Source: the human T2T-CHM13v2.0 reference genome, Homo sapiens. From it: 64,000 nt of DNA. Where the stretch lies: NCBI RefSeq assembly GCF_009914755.1, contig NC_060942.1; one strand, 5' to 3'. The notes beneath the pieces are model-generated. The model had not been told where the DNA came from, made no database searches, and saw only the letters and a list, made by a program, of their open reading frames with translations. This document shows positions 1-14,559 of this stretch, piece after piece. Each line of letters starts with the position of its first letter. Position 1 is the first letter of the stretch. The translations under genes and the position numbers were made by a program.

Positions 1-145
1 TCCATTCAGCTAATCTACAACGATCCCCTTATCTCAAGATCCTTAATCACATCTGCGAAGTCCTTCTGCCTTTAAGTTAACATATTCACAGGTTCCAGGG
101 ATTAGGACGTGGACACCTTTGGGGGCCATTATTCTGCCTACCACA
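1..145 (-). mobile_element. MLT1 (MaLR, MLT1D-like) LTR 5' end, truncated by window edge
   Basis: Reverse complement begins TGTGGTAGGCAGAATAATGGCCCCCAAAGGTGTCCACGTCCTAATCCCTGGAACCTGTGAATATG, the MLT1 start. Confidence 0.85.
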
Positions 146-194
146 GTAAGTCAACTAATATTATCTGTTAATGAGGGAGGCAGTATGAAGTAGA

Positions 195-1210
195 TTTGTT
201 CATCCAACAAATTAAGGTCTGGATGACACAATAGTAAATAAGATAAACTCAATCCCTGTCCTCAACAGAGCTTTCAGTATTAAGGGAGAGATAAGCATTA
301 TCCAGAAAAAGTAAACACGGCTAATTTCCGCTGTGTGAAAGGCTACAGAAAGAAGTGTAAGCATGAGGAGAGTGTTTTACAAAGCAATCTGGCCTACCTG
401 TAGGTGAAAGGGGCAGGAGCAGTCAAGGAAGGCTTCCCTGAGGAGGTGACATTAAAACAGAGACGTAAGAAATGACTTGGAGTTATTCAGGTCAAGTATG
501 TGCAGAGGGTGGGCCTGGTGGAGGAGCTGATGAGGAACTTCCAGTAAGAGGGCATAGCCAATGCCCGCATTTAGGCTCGGAGTGTGGAGTGGAGGAACTG
601 AGAAGTGCCTGGGGCTAGCATGTAGAGACAAGAAGAAGAAAGCTTTGCTATCTCATCTATTGAGCTAAGGGAGGCAGTGGGAAGTTAATGCTTACAGGCA
701 TTAGCCAAAGGTCAGGCACTGCTCCATGAGGTTTATATGGAGCTGATTCCTGTAAGATAGATACTATCACAATCTTCATTTGTAGATCATAAAACTGAAA
801 GTCAGAGAAGCTACATGACCTCCCCAAGGTAACCCATCTGGCAGAACCAGGACTCACACTAGAGTGTGCCCTCAATCACCGTGCAATCACTGTCCTGCTT
901 CTCAGGCAGGATTGCGGGACCTGGACATTTAACCATTATTCTAAGGGCAATTGGGAGCCATAGAGGAATTTCAAACACTTTAGATGGAGTACTCTGGGTA
1001 ATTGATTGGAGACATCAGACCAGGGAGGAAGCAGTAACTCTCAGGTGAAACAATATCGGCCCAGTCTGCATGGCAACAGTATGGATGGGGAGAAATGGAG
1101 AGATTCAGTAAATATTGAGAGTCAAATCGACAAGTCTTGCTTATTGATGTGGGGTGAAGGACAGAAGGAGGTGTTAAAGATGATGCCCTTGCTTCCAGCC
1201 AGATCGTAAT
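195..1210 (-). mobile_element. L2 fragments interrupted by a MIR (~700-870)
   Basis: L2-typical ggaaggcttccctgaggaggtgacatt and gggagccatagagg...ggatggggagaaatgg; MIR-typical catttgtagatcataaaactgaaagtcagagaag. Confidence 0.6.
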
Positions 1211-2449
1211 AGAAGGAGCCGTCAGTTTTATCCTTCTCAAGCAAAGGGCTCATGTGAAGCTGCGGACGACAAATGTAAACATATGCTAAAACCCTAAAAC
1301 CAAGGAGGAGCTTCTTACATGAATAAGAAAATAAGCTAGGACTTACAGGTGTGAGTGGATTTCAACTTCTCAATGAAAATTCAGCAGAATTGCTCTGTGG
1401 CAGTCCTTCTGCAAGAGGCGAATCCTGCTCACCATCACTGCTATGATTCTGTGTTTGTGCTGAGCTCTTTCTAATTATCATCAATTATGATTCATTTACT
1501 TTTAGGTGTCTTGCTTGTCATAATATTATCATTTGTAAGTCTTTCCCTTTGCAGGCTGTGAGAATCTGTTGTGACATCTCAATAAAGCAGTATTCAATCA
1601 AGGTGTGAATGAATTGTTAATCTTGTTATAAATAGAAGGTACCATATGTCAGGATGCAAGGGATGTCTCCTTCTTTGTTGCAAACAATGTTCCTGAAACT
1701 AAACAAAAGAAGTTTCGGAAATAGCTGGTTCAGCTCACCAAGCTTCCAATTATATAATGGCCGACAAGTCTCCGAAGTGGATTCAGATTTCTGGTAGTCG
1801 TCTCCCCACTTATTTAGAATCATCATTTGAAAGAAAAAATTAGTGTCAGGTTTGGGTATCGGAACCCCAGGGATCTCCATTCCTCCTGATTTTGACTGTG
1901 GAGTTAGCCTTACAATTCTCTGTGTCTTCTAGAGGCACATCCGACGAGCCATTTGATCAAAATATCTTTTTCCTTCTTTACCTTTTCCCCATGGTGTGCG
2001 GATTTAGAAAAATAAGGCTAAACTGACTGAGCTCCAGCCCAAACCAGTTCATGAAAAATATACCGTGAATCTTTTTTTACACGTGCACTCTCAGCGGTGA
2101 GGGCTCTGGCCCGCTCTGTCCCTGATAACACATCCTAAATGTGCTCCTCAGCACCTGCAGCAGTGTGTTTTCTGAGGAAAGCCTGCGTGTGCTCAGAGGT
2201 CCAGCAAACGCCAGAACCAATAAAGCTTAAATTAGCATCCCATAATCTAGAGCTATTTCCCCGCTGCTCTTCCAGAGCCCTCCCCAACGCCTCCTCCTCC
2301 CCCAACTCCTAACCCAATCAAAATGTGTTTGTACCTTGTTCCATTTCTTCAGGGCCTCTCTAAGTGACTAGCTTGTTAGTTCAAGATAAAGTTAATGGCT
2401 AATAATATTTCTCCCCCAGTGCCCAGTGGCATTTCCACTGAGGATCAAT

Positions 2450-2985
<536 letters not shown>

Positions 2986-4905
2986 ATTGGGCAGAGGCCA
3001 GATGCAGCCCCCTGGATACCCACCTCAGCCATCAGTCACACTGACCATCTGGAGACTGGGATTGTCATTCCCTTCTTCTCTCCAGCATTTTCTCCTTCCC
3101 CTCTTTTATTCCTGCCTTCCTTCCTTTTATTTTTCCTTTCTTCTTTCTTTTCCGGTGGTTCATTGAGCTCCTGCTGGCTTCAGAAGATGCTGTCTCCTTA
3201 TTTTTCACTGTTACTAATACAGGGTGCAAAGTGCATCATGGCACAAAATATGAGAAGGTGCAAAGTGCCGTGCCTGGTAAAGAGCCATTTAGAACAATAG
3301 CCCTTCTGCCCTATCTCTCCAACATTCACTGTCAACTTGTTTCACAATAGTCATTAAAGACACGAAGGAAGTGTTGATAAGCTCCGTGATTCATTCAAGG
3401 GCCAAGGTTAATTTTTATTTATTCCCAGGTCATCACAAACAGAGGCAGATGGTGGTGGCATTTCCTTCTTGCTGGGAGCTCAGATACTATCTGGACAGAT
3501 TTCAGCAGGCTTTGTATCTGCTACCTCTCAGCGCCACAGTTTTCCTGGATAAAGCCCCAGCCACCCAAACTGCAGACTGATTTTATTTAACCAAGATGAC
3601 TTGCAGTAAGTAATTGAGGTCACTTGGACCTTGCTGGAGGAAAGCCAGCATTGCCAAGGAGAATGGCTGACATCGTTTATCCTTCAGTGGCTCTTCCTTT
3701 AGAGGATTTATTTTTGGTGACCCATTTGGGAGGTAGCTTACTAAGCTGTGACTATCAGTTTATTGAAAAGTGACTTTCTTGGAATTTTACTAGTATCAGG
3801 TGACTTTGGGATGGTTTGAAACAACTGGCTGTGGAATCTACTTATGTAGCGCTATAGAAACGATCATAAAGTCATATCCAGAGTTAATTGGTTTCCTGCT
3901 ACACACGTGTAAGTAGACTATGTGGCTCCTACTTTCAGAGCTTACATTCCAGGTGAAGACAGCAGTCATAGCATATTCACAAATAAAGCCTGAGACTGTA
4001 ATGTAGTATATGGTTGGTGCATTTGTGGGCAGCGTACAAATGCCAGTCAAGTGCCCATCCTGCTCCTTCAGGCTCACAGAAAACTGAGAACAGCACAGGG
4101 AGATAGATGAAGAGCAAAGAGTATCAGCTTTACTCCTGGCTGGATGGAACCCAGTAACTCCTCAAAGCAGAGCTTCCAGTTGGTCTGGAACCAAAGAACA
4201 GCTTCCATGTGGCTTCCCCCAAGTAGACTTGGAGGTCTCTCCGGGGAGTTGGGTCTTCACATCAGACTGACCAGCACACTGCAGGGATCATGAGGCCAAC
4301 TTGGGCCGAGCAACAGACAGATCAGAAAGCACCAAAGTGAGACCAAATTGAGGCCCCAGAATTGGCTCTTGCCTCTGTTAATGTGGCCCAGTGGTTGCCA
4401 GCTTCTCCCGATCTTACCAAAAATGTCACTTCTTTTCTGCAGAGAGGAATAAGTAAGAAGGTGAAGGGAAAGGTCAACTGTTCCCGTGCGACTATTACTC
4501 CCTCCTGTGAGTGGGGCTGAGTTTTTTTTGTTATGGAAATGAGAGGACCAGAATGAGTATTTGTCTCCAAGTTGTAATTTAAGAACACAAAGCTGGAGAT
4601 CAGAAGGCATCAAGAATGACGAGACTTAGAAGGATTAAGACTAGGAAGCTGGACATATTCCCCCGGTGGGGCATGCTCTGGCTCTTCTGAATTAAATGTG
4701 GTGCTGGCTAGGGGAGGATTGTGGGGTGCCTGGAGCATTCGGTGGCAGTTCACACAACCAGACAGCCTCAGAACCATTCAGGCAGCTGGGACAATCAAAG
4801 GGACGAACTATTGGCAAGCAGGAAATAATCAGAGAACCAGGTCAATCAGGAGGCAGGCAAAATAGCACTGAGGAGGTCTGACATCAAGTAACAGGATGGA
4901 GCTTA

Positions 4906-5223
<318 letters not shown>

Positions 5224-6422
5224 GAGAGCGTGAAGGTGCTCTAAAAAAAACCTAGAGCATCAGTCAGAAAACAAGCCAGAAGACAGTTTTTAGCCCTGAG
5301 GCACCAGGTTTGAGGGTATTGCAACGGGACTGATCTGATACTATTAATAACTACAAGCACTAAGGAATTAAAGCTCTAAAATGTCTTAACACAGTTCCTG
5401 TAACCCTTGAAGGATTTAATAAACATTATTATTTTATTTTTTGATTTGATTACAATTTTGTTATTTGATTAAAAATAAATTTTATTATTATATTTATTAT
5501 TTGATTAAAAAGCTGAAATTAGCTTGAGTACTAATTTTATTATTTGATTCTATTGATTTTATTTTTTCTTTGATTAAAAAGGTGAAATTAGCTTGAGTAC
5601 TAAGTGACGGTTTTCTATTCAAAACCTATTTTGAATGGTGGACTCTTCACCCTTGACACCAAAGGGGTGATCAAATCTGGGTGAACCCAGATAACTTTTG
5701 GGCGCTGCTACATTCTGTATCCTTGTGAAATCTACCAAGAAATCTTTTTCTAGCTCTTACTGGCATTTGTTTGGCCATCCTCTCCATGCTCAGGAACCAA
5801 ATCTTGCCGAAATTTATCTTAAATAGAGGTACCTTAAAGGCAGAAAATAAATAATCCTGAATTTTCATGCCCTGAAGCTGGATATGAGGAAGAGGCAAAC
5901 CTTAATAAAATGTTTCCAGGGAGGATGGTGATAGTTCCTATCAGGTAAGCATCACCAATATTAATATCCCGTCTCACTGGGTTGTTTTAGAAATCAAACG
6001 TGATCATGTGTGTAAAATGCCTAGTGCAATGCTGGCACCCAGCGTGTGTTTATAAATGATTGATGACCTTTCATTTGTTTTAAACCTAAAATTTCTAGGA
6101 CATACCCTATCACCTCCCTATCTCATTATTGCTACCACACACACACACAAAATATGCTCTGCCACCAGCACATTTAATGATTAGCTGATGTTACAAAGAA
6201 TAAAAACTGGAATCTACATGATAGAATTGTTACGAAGATGAAATGATTTGTATATGTAAAGGGCTTAGAAGAAAGGACGGCTGACAAGCGGTAAGTGCTC
6301 TATGTAAGCGTTAGGTGCTGCTAGTAATAGTAGTAATAGTAGCATCAAACTTCCTCGTTTCTGTGGCTTTAGATCCTACCATACATGATTAAATCAAATC
6401 CCAGGTACATTCTGAACACGGT

Positions 6423-6524
6423 GAAAATTTAGGTTTAAATTTTAAACCTAAAATAGACTTACTACTACTAACTACAACGAAGTAGTAAGTTTATTTTAGG
6501 TTTAAAATTTAAATCTAAATTTTC
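6423..6524. repeat. AT-rich palindrome, 44-bp arms with 14-nt spacer
   Basis: 6423-6466 is the reverse complement of 6481-6524 with 2 mismatches. Confidence 0.95.
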
Positions 6525-6913
6525 CAGTGATGAATACTACTAATACAAGTCGTAGCAGTCATTGTCATAGTATTTTCTATCAGATGCCCTCTCTATTGCT
6601 CATTGCCCTGCGGAGCAGAAGGGTAGATTTCAGAGACGATTCAGGAAGTGAGAAGTTCACTCGTATTGGCAGGAATGGATCCTGCTATGCTCAATGCAGG
6701 AACCCACCCCTACATCACCCTCATGTAGTCTAAGACATCTCTCTGGCAACATATCTCATGCATAGTCCACTGCATTTGAACCATGTTCACAGCCATTCCT
6801 TTTCCTACATCTATGTACCATTTCAGACTTTAGATGTCATCTTTATGAGAAGTCAGGAGATGAAGAAGGAATCTGGGAGAATTGTATTTCGAGATATTAA
6901 TTAAAGTGATTCT

Positions 6914-7280
<367 letters not shown>

Positions 7281-8367
7281 TTATTTTTCCCCTCTACCTG
7301 GCAGATGGTTGCTCGTGAAAGTGATCAAGTCAATTAATAGGAAAATGACAAAGCTATCAGTTCCCTGCACCCTTTGATGTATGATGCTGAGACACCATGG
7401 ATATGAATGTCTAGGCTTTCACCATTTAACCTTATTCGTGTAGAAGAATCTTGGCTCATGGCCCCAGAGTGGTGACATTTTACTAGCTCCATTAATTAGC
7501 ATCATAGTTTGGTAATGGTTTAGGGTTCCCAGGGATGAAGCATGTACACAAAAGAACAAAGAAATTTAAATTAAGATCTGGAGATTCTTGTGGTTAACGT
7601 GCAGCTGTATGTTCCAATATCAATCGATGAAAACATTGTCAGATATTGTCATACTTTTGGAGCTAATGAGTCCTGGCTTTTTTTCCTTGCCTCTACTCTC
7701 AGTACCATCCCCAGAGGCAGGTTCCAGATGTGTCATCGTTGTAGGCAGGTCAGTCTGAGCTCGGGTAAAGATCAGTATTTAATTCCTTTTCCTATTTTTT
7801 GTTGACCTGGGATGACAAAAAATGAATGGGTTCATTTTTTGACTCACTGAACCCATCAGTCTCCCTTGCTGTAATCTGACTGATTCCTTCCTTCTCCCAG
7901 AATCCAGTCCCCTGTGTCCCATCATGTCCCCATTCTGATACTCCTATGGTCTTTGATCCCCAGGAGTTTGGTTGAGAAGTTCTCAAAGCTGCTGGCCTGT
8001 TGGTCTACCTGTCTGCATTGGCTGTGGCCAGTGTGTGGGCTCCTGTGGGGAACCCCTGTGTCCTCCTCAAGGACCAAAGTGTGCTCTTGGGCTGCACTTT
8101 GAAATTCAGGAATTTCCAGGTCCCTGGACATGATATCCAGGCAGACCAAACTTTGTCAGCAGGATCCACGCTGCCCAGAGTGTGGGTTGCATATTCGTTC
8201 ATTAACAACACTTGTCCAGCACCCAGCGTGTACTAGCACTATGTGGGGTGCTAGCAATACAGCAGTGACAAGACAGCCACAGTCTCTTTCCTCTGTAGGG
8301 CTTTTGGTCCAGCTTGAAGATTAGGAGCCAGGTTCTGAACCCCCACCTACTCCTTATCCACACACCC

Positions 8368-8916
8368 TGTTCAGAATGTACCTGGGATTTGATTTAATCA
8401 TGTACGGTACGACCCAAGGACACAGAAATGAAGAAGTTTCTACTCACAGATCCTGAGAAACAGGAGACAAGGTGCACCACACAGGCCACATGGGGAAGCA
8501 CCAGGGTTGGTCAGGAGCAGATGGAGCGAGGAGAAAACATGGACAATAATTTATTATGTTTTTTCGGGGAGAATAGGTGAGGCCAAGTAAGCAGGTTAAG
8601 CAGGTTTAGCACTGGCTAGTTTGAATAATTGTAGTGGGTTCAGGGGTGCTGGGGCTGTTCCTAGTTGCCGGGTACTAGGCCCCGGGGTGATTAGGGCAGG
8701 TGGAATGTGGTCTCGAATATAGAGTCCCGTGGGAGCCCAATAGAGGAGCTGGAGGAGGATGGGCTCCAATCGGTTGGTTTGCATATGAAAGGCGCGCTCC
8801 AGGTGAGTCATTTACTATCTCCAGGAATTTTAGCTAGCTCCGGGAGAGGCAGGCTCTCCAGGGTCAGCAAGGCCCCGGATGTCAAAGCATCAGAATTAAA
8901 AGACAAGCTTAATACA
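8368..8916 (-). mobile_element. MER74-family (ERVL) solo LTR
   Basis: Reverse complement starts TGTATTAAGCTTGTCTTTTAATTCTGATGCTTTGACATCCGGGGCCTTGCTGACCCTGGAG and includes GCGCGCCTTTCATATGCAAACCAACC; TG...CA termini. Confidence 0.8.
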
Positions 8917-9179
8917 CACTGCTTTGATGACTCTGAAAATGTGACATGAACTGTGTCCTCTGAACCAAAAGACTTATTCTGATAATTTCAAAAAAAATGA
9001 CAGAAATTCATCTTTATTAGCACACAGGCTGTTTCTTCTGTTTGGGCTTGACAACCTAAAAAACTCCTACTGATTGTTCCTCTGCTAGCTCCTCTGTGAA
9101 GCCCTGGCTGAAGTCATGTGTACAGGTGAACACCTGGCTCCTGGACTCCCACAGCACCTTTTAAATACTCTGAAGAAGG

Positions 9180-9489
9180 GGCTGGATGCAGTGGCTCTTG
9201 TCTGTAATCCCAGTATTTTGGGAGGCTGAGGTGGGAGGATTGCTTGAGCCCAGCATTTCAAGACCAGCCTGGGCAACATAGAGAGACCCCATCTCTACTA
9301 AAAAAATACAAAAAATTACCCCAGCATGGCAGTGCATGCCTGTAATATCAGCTAATCAGGAGGCTGAGATAGGAGGATTGCTTGAGCCTGGGAGGCTGAG
9401 GCTGCAGTGAGCCATGATTGTGTCACTGTACTCCAGCCTGGGTGACAGAGTGAGAACCTGTCTGAAAAAACAAACAATAAACCAAAAAT
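9180..9489 (+). mobile_element. AluJ element
   Basis: Full dimer with gggaggattgcttgagccc in the left arm; decayed A-rich tail. Confidence 0.92.
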
Positions 9490-9739
9490 AGTCCCAAGAA
9501 GCGTTTCTCATGTGGGTTATTGCTACGTGTTGGTTTCTCTATCTCCTGATTATTTGTTGAACTCATTGGATGAAAAGATGGTATCTTGATTCAATTCTGT
9601 GACACTAGTGGCATGCATGACACCTGATAGAAACATTGATGGTAAATAAAATTAACAATTGTTCTTTAAACTCTTTATTGCTCCTAGGCTGCAAGAGCTT
9701 TCAGGAACATTCTGCTAATGAATAGGAACTAAAATTTAT

Positions 9740-9910
9740 TGAGCGTGGATGGTGCAGCAGACATTGTGCTGAATGATTCACATCCATGTGCAACTTGGCC
9801 TTCACAGCAGCCTTATGTGATGGAGGCCTTTCCCCAATGTTAGAGATTAAGAAATTAAAGTCCAGGGAGTTTGTTCCACGATTAAAGTCACACAGTGCTG
9901 AAGAACCCAG
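9740..9910 (-). mobile_element. MIR
   Basis: cacagcagccttatg...ccccaatgttagagattaagaaattaaagtcc...aagtcacacag is MIR core in antisense. Confidence 0.55.
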
Positions 9911-10499
9911 GACCCCACCCCATTGCCTCCCAGTCACCACTACCTCTTGAGCCAACCCCAACTCAGCCCCCCTCAGAGCACACATGGCCCTGAACCTCCT
10001 TTCTCTGTGAAAAAAGTCCCCCAAAGACTTTGTACATTGGCTCTGCCCACAGGGGAACATCCACTTAGGTGCACTTAGGGAAAAAGCCACCAAGTGAATT
10101 ATGCAGTGGGGACCATTACCTCTATACTCCCACTGATAACTAAAGCATATGGTTGCTTAAACCGAGGTATTCCCTTTGGCTTATTACATTCATTACTTCC
10201 TGTCAGTTAGAGTTCACCTGCTTCAATTTTACTAGAATGTGTGAATTGCATATTTCATACATTACTTAGCAGGAACCCACCCCAAGTCAATTTTTTGCAC
10301 AGAATGACAGTTATAGGGAAGTTCAGAGATCTTATTTGGTCTTAGAAACGATTATCTTTCTCAATGAAATGCCGAATAAGGTGCTAATTAATAAATGTTT
10401 AACGTTATTCTGTATGTAGAGACATAATTCTACATCAGTCTTTGATACATAAATATGTATCACACAGATATACATATTCTCATCCTTTTTCTCATATAA

Positions 10500-10640
10500 T
10501 CTCTGATTTTGAATCATGCCCACACTCAGCCTTGAGACCCTGGGCAAATACCTTTCTGAACCCCACTTTCCTCATTTGTAAAACGCAGATGTCAAGTGTT
10601 CCGAGGTTGTTGTGTGGATTTAGGGAGACACCTATGTAGT
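10500..10640 (+). mobile_element. MIR
   Basis: gaccctgggcaaatacc...tttcctcatttgtaaaacg...ggttgttgtgtggattt. Confidence 0.6.
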
Positions 10641-11584
10641 TCAGGTTCGAAATTTATTATTTTAACAACTAGCCCCAGAACTTCTCATTTGAAATTCAGG
10701 GAGAGAACTTTGTACAAAAGTATGTTGTTAAGCCTCTTAGGGTGGCGACTCCGAGGGTAAACATGTCTGCAAAAGCCAAAGCAACGAAAGGAAGCCTTGA
10801 AAATACTGTCCACGAGCAAAGTGGAAGGACTCACTTTTGCTCAAATGTGGGAAGAGGAGGGTGGTTGGGAAGGGTGCGGGAGAGAGGCCATGGGGATGGT
10901 GTGAGGTCGGGCACCCAGTGGGGAGCAGCTGTGACCTCCCCAGCCACTGACTGAGGGACTCATTAGGCGCTAGTGCTAAACATTGCACTAACTAAACGTT
11001 GTTCTGTCTCCCAGCTCACACGCTCCATGCATCTATTCTTCTCAGGAACGCTTCTGCAGGGGTGCCGTTTGCTGTGGGTAATCCAGATGCCAGCCGTTCC
11101 CTTATTCTGTGGCTCCTGCTTATGTGACTATGTTTTCACTGAGTGTCAGGCCAGTCAGGCCAGAGACAGGACTCGTCCCCTGTTTTACGCTCCCCATAAA
11201 GAGTGAGCTCACTCAGAAGCATTAGCAAGCACTGCGTCTTGACTGAAGATTTTGTGGAGAAGATAGCAGAAGAGGTTTAACGTGGCCCAATCCTCAACAA
11301 TAACCAAATCAAACCAAACCAAAGCAACAACAACAACACAAACTTAGGAATATGCTCTAGACCCGTCTCATCTCCAATGTCCCAACTTAGCAGCTACACC
11401 ACCTGTCGCCTACTGTGGTCCTTTCTCCTCCAGAGCTCAGGGTTGCTGGCTTCTTCTCCGGAAAAATGCAAACTCCTTTCCTTAGTTTATGTTCAGCAAT
11501 TTAGGCAGCATCTTTTGTTATAGGAGCAGACCCTTGGACCCTCACTCTCCAACCCAAGCAATTTATCAGAATATTTCTTGCTCT

Positions 11585-11856
<272 letters not shown>

Positions 11857-12290
11857 CTATCTATCTATCTATCCATCTATCTATCTATCTCTGTATATAT
11901 AAATATTAATAGATATAGATATATAGATATTTCTTGCTCCAAAATGCATCATTCTCTGGTACATTGATGTTTTCCCCAACAGATTCTCTATGGAAATTTA
12001 AAAATGGAGCTGATGTTTGTGTCTTTGGTACTGTGCAGAGCAGAGGCAGCCTGTGTTGGAGTGCGATGCAGGTGTCAGGCGGGGCCATGCTGGAGTGAGA
12101 ATGGAAGACCCACCTTCTTCCCACCCTAGATTCCCTGACCATGGGAGCAGGGAAGAGGGTCAGATTTGAACTTCCATTGAGCATGGAGTAGTAAAAGTGA
12201 TCTTCTTACCATCTCAAGAGCTGAGAATCTAATTTGGTATGACAGCAGTACACAACACCTGGACCACAGTAAGTGCTCAATAAAAGTTAG

Positions 12291-12553
12291 TGGATCACGA
12301 GGTCAGCAGTTCAAGATCAGCCTGATCAACATGGTGAAACCTCATCTCTACTAAAAAGACAAAAGAAAAAAAAATCAGGCAGGCGAGGTGGCGTGCGCCT
12401 GTAATCTCAGCTACTCAGGAGGCTGAGGCAGGAGAATCACTTGAACCCAGGAGGCAGAGGTTGCAGTGAGCCAAGATCACGCCATTGCACTCTAACCTGG
12501 GTGACAGAGCGAGACTCTGTCTCAAAAAAAAAAAAAAAAAAAAAAAAGAAAAA
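12291..12553 (+). mobile_element. 5'-truncated AluS
   Basis: Starts at tggatcacgaggtcag and ends in a long A tail. Confidence 0.92.
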
Positions 12554-14559
12554 CACCTCCTCTTCCACCTGCCCCAACCATGATTAACATTGCCTTTGCT
12601 CCCCACAACCCTGACCAAAATTAGCCAAGACACTAAGAAACCAGGACTGTGATCAAAGAAACTTCCTTGGGCTGCGATTGACATATACAGAAAGCCTTGG
12701 GTACATTTTGGGTACTTGGGTACTCACCCTCTTGTTTCCTTGAGCTAAATGGCATGATGATTCTCAACAGAACCCTCACAATTCTCTCTGGGAAGTTCGA
12801 ATGTCTCCTGTAATTTAGCTAAACAGCTTCTAGGTATCACAGAGAAATTCGTTGCTCATGAAAGGAAAATGGATCCCCACGCTTTGTTCTGGAGACATTT
12901 TAATATCCATCTGGGTCTCCTTGGGGCCACGTGGCTCGTTCTGTTCCCCAAACTGCAGTGAAGGGACAGTCAACACGTGAGTTCTCATGCCATGCTGCTC
13001 CTCTGTTTACTGCTCCTTTATTTACATAAGTAGAAATTCAACATCCTAACATGTTTTGCAAGCTGTCATGACATGAGAAGTTAGTAATCTGCTATATTTT
13101 GCTTGCTAACATATTTTTGACATATTTTAGCTTTTGATTATAAGATTGCGTCTTTGCCTGCTACCATCTGTCTCGATTCAATGGAACTCTGGCATTTACG
13201 AAAACAGTAGGGTGTAGTATTTCTTATAGACTTGAACTCTACCAGAAACATGCTATTTCCAGTCTTAACCAATATGTCCTGCTTTCACACGCAAAGTCTG
13301 AAATGTTTGATATCTTGCAAGATCTGCCAGGAATAAGGAACATATCTTCACATCCAATTTGGCTGGGATGAGAAATACATTAATAAGGGGAAGGGAGCAG
13401 TCTCCAGCTTCTAAACAGAGGTGGCCTTTGATGTGGTTTATATCCTCTTGACTATGCTTATCCTTTTATCAGCATGATTAAGATCTTCCATGGAAATACA
13501 TCTTCTTTTAGACTTTTAATCTCCCAGCAGCCAACATTCTTGAGACGTATTTTCCAGTGTGAAATGGTTATCTGCCAACATTTGACAATCAGGCATTTTC
13601 CTCCATGATGTCCTTTTTTTGTTCCTATCTTTACTCATTAGGGCAAATTACCTCTGGTTTGGCCCAAAGATTAGCTTGGTCCCTGTCTCTGCTGACAGCA
13701 GCAGAAGGACTGTGCAACACGGAGAAATGTGACATTGTATTAAAACAATGTGTTGGGGGAAAGCCCCCCAAAAATGCACAGGCCTAACATGCATTTATTC
13801 AACACCAAGCTTAAATGAGTTTATTATGCTCCTGGATTACACCCCATAGGCCAAGAAGCTGTCAACTATTGACATTTTCTTTTCTCTCCGTGTTCTGTGT
13901 TGAGTGTAAATATATTTGTCATGGGAATATATCGTATGTTTGGTTCAGTATATGCTCATTTCATCAGAAGGAAAGCTCTTATTATCTGTAATCACAGTCA
14001 ACATCTTTGTTGCTTTAAGGAAAGAATGGGCTACAGCTTGAATTTACATATAGATCTGGTACCTTTCCAGATGCAGTTTTGCACGCTGTTTTAACCTGCA
14101 TTTTGAATATGTGTAGCGTGATCTGTTTCTAGTGCAAAACTTCGTTCGTGGTAGAGAAATACTTTTAGTCAGTTGGGTGTGGACCACATCTAGTTGATTT
14201 TCTGCCTTGCAGCATGCTGCTGACTGTTCAGGAGCAGCCTGGTGCTAAATACATCAACTGAAATCACCATCAATGAAGAGGCCAAAGAGGAAGGCATTAT
14301 GACTTCCAATTTCAACATCTTATGGCTACAAATCAAGTCCAAGCTGACTCGGCTCCCACATGCTCTTCCTTATCTGGTTTATGAGGATGGTGGCAACTGT
14401 TGAACAAGGAGAAAAGACTGAGTCTCTGGATAATTGTAATTGCGAATTTCTGAAGAGCAGGGATCTTGTCATACCTCTTTATCCTTTGTACCTGGCTCAG
14501 GGTAGGCAAATAACCCATGTGTGTTGAACTAAGATAAACTGAGGACCATATTTAAGCTA

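Noticed and set aside
1626-1880. 84-aa ATG-initiated minus-strand ORF as a possible pseudogene fragment
   Set aside because: I recognised no protein similarity, poly(A) tail or TSD; a blastx search would be needed.
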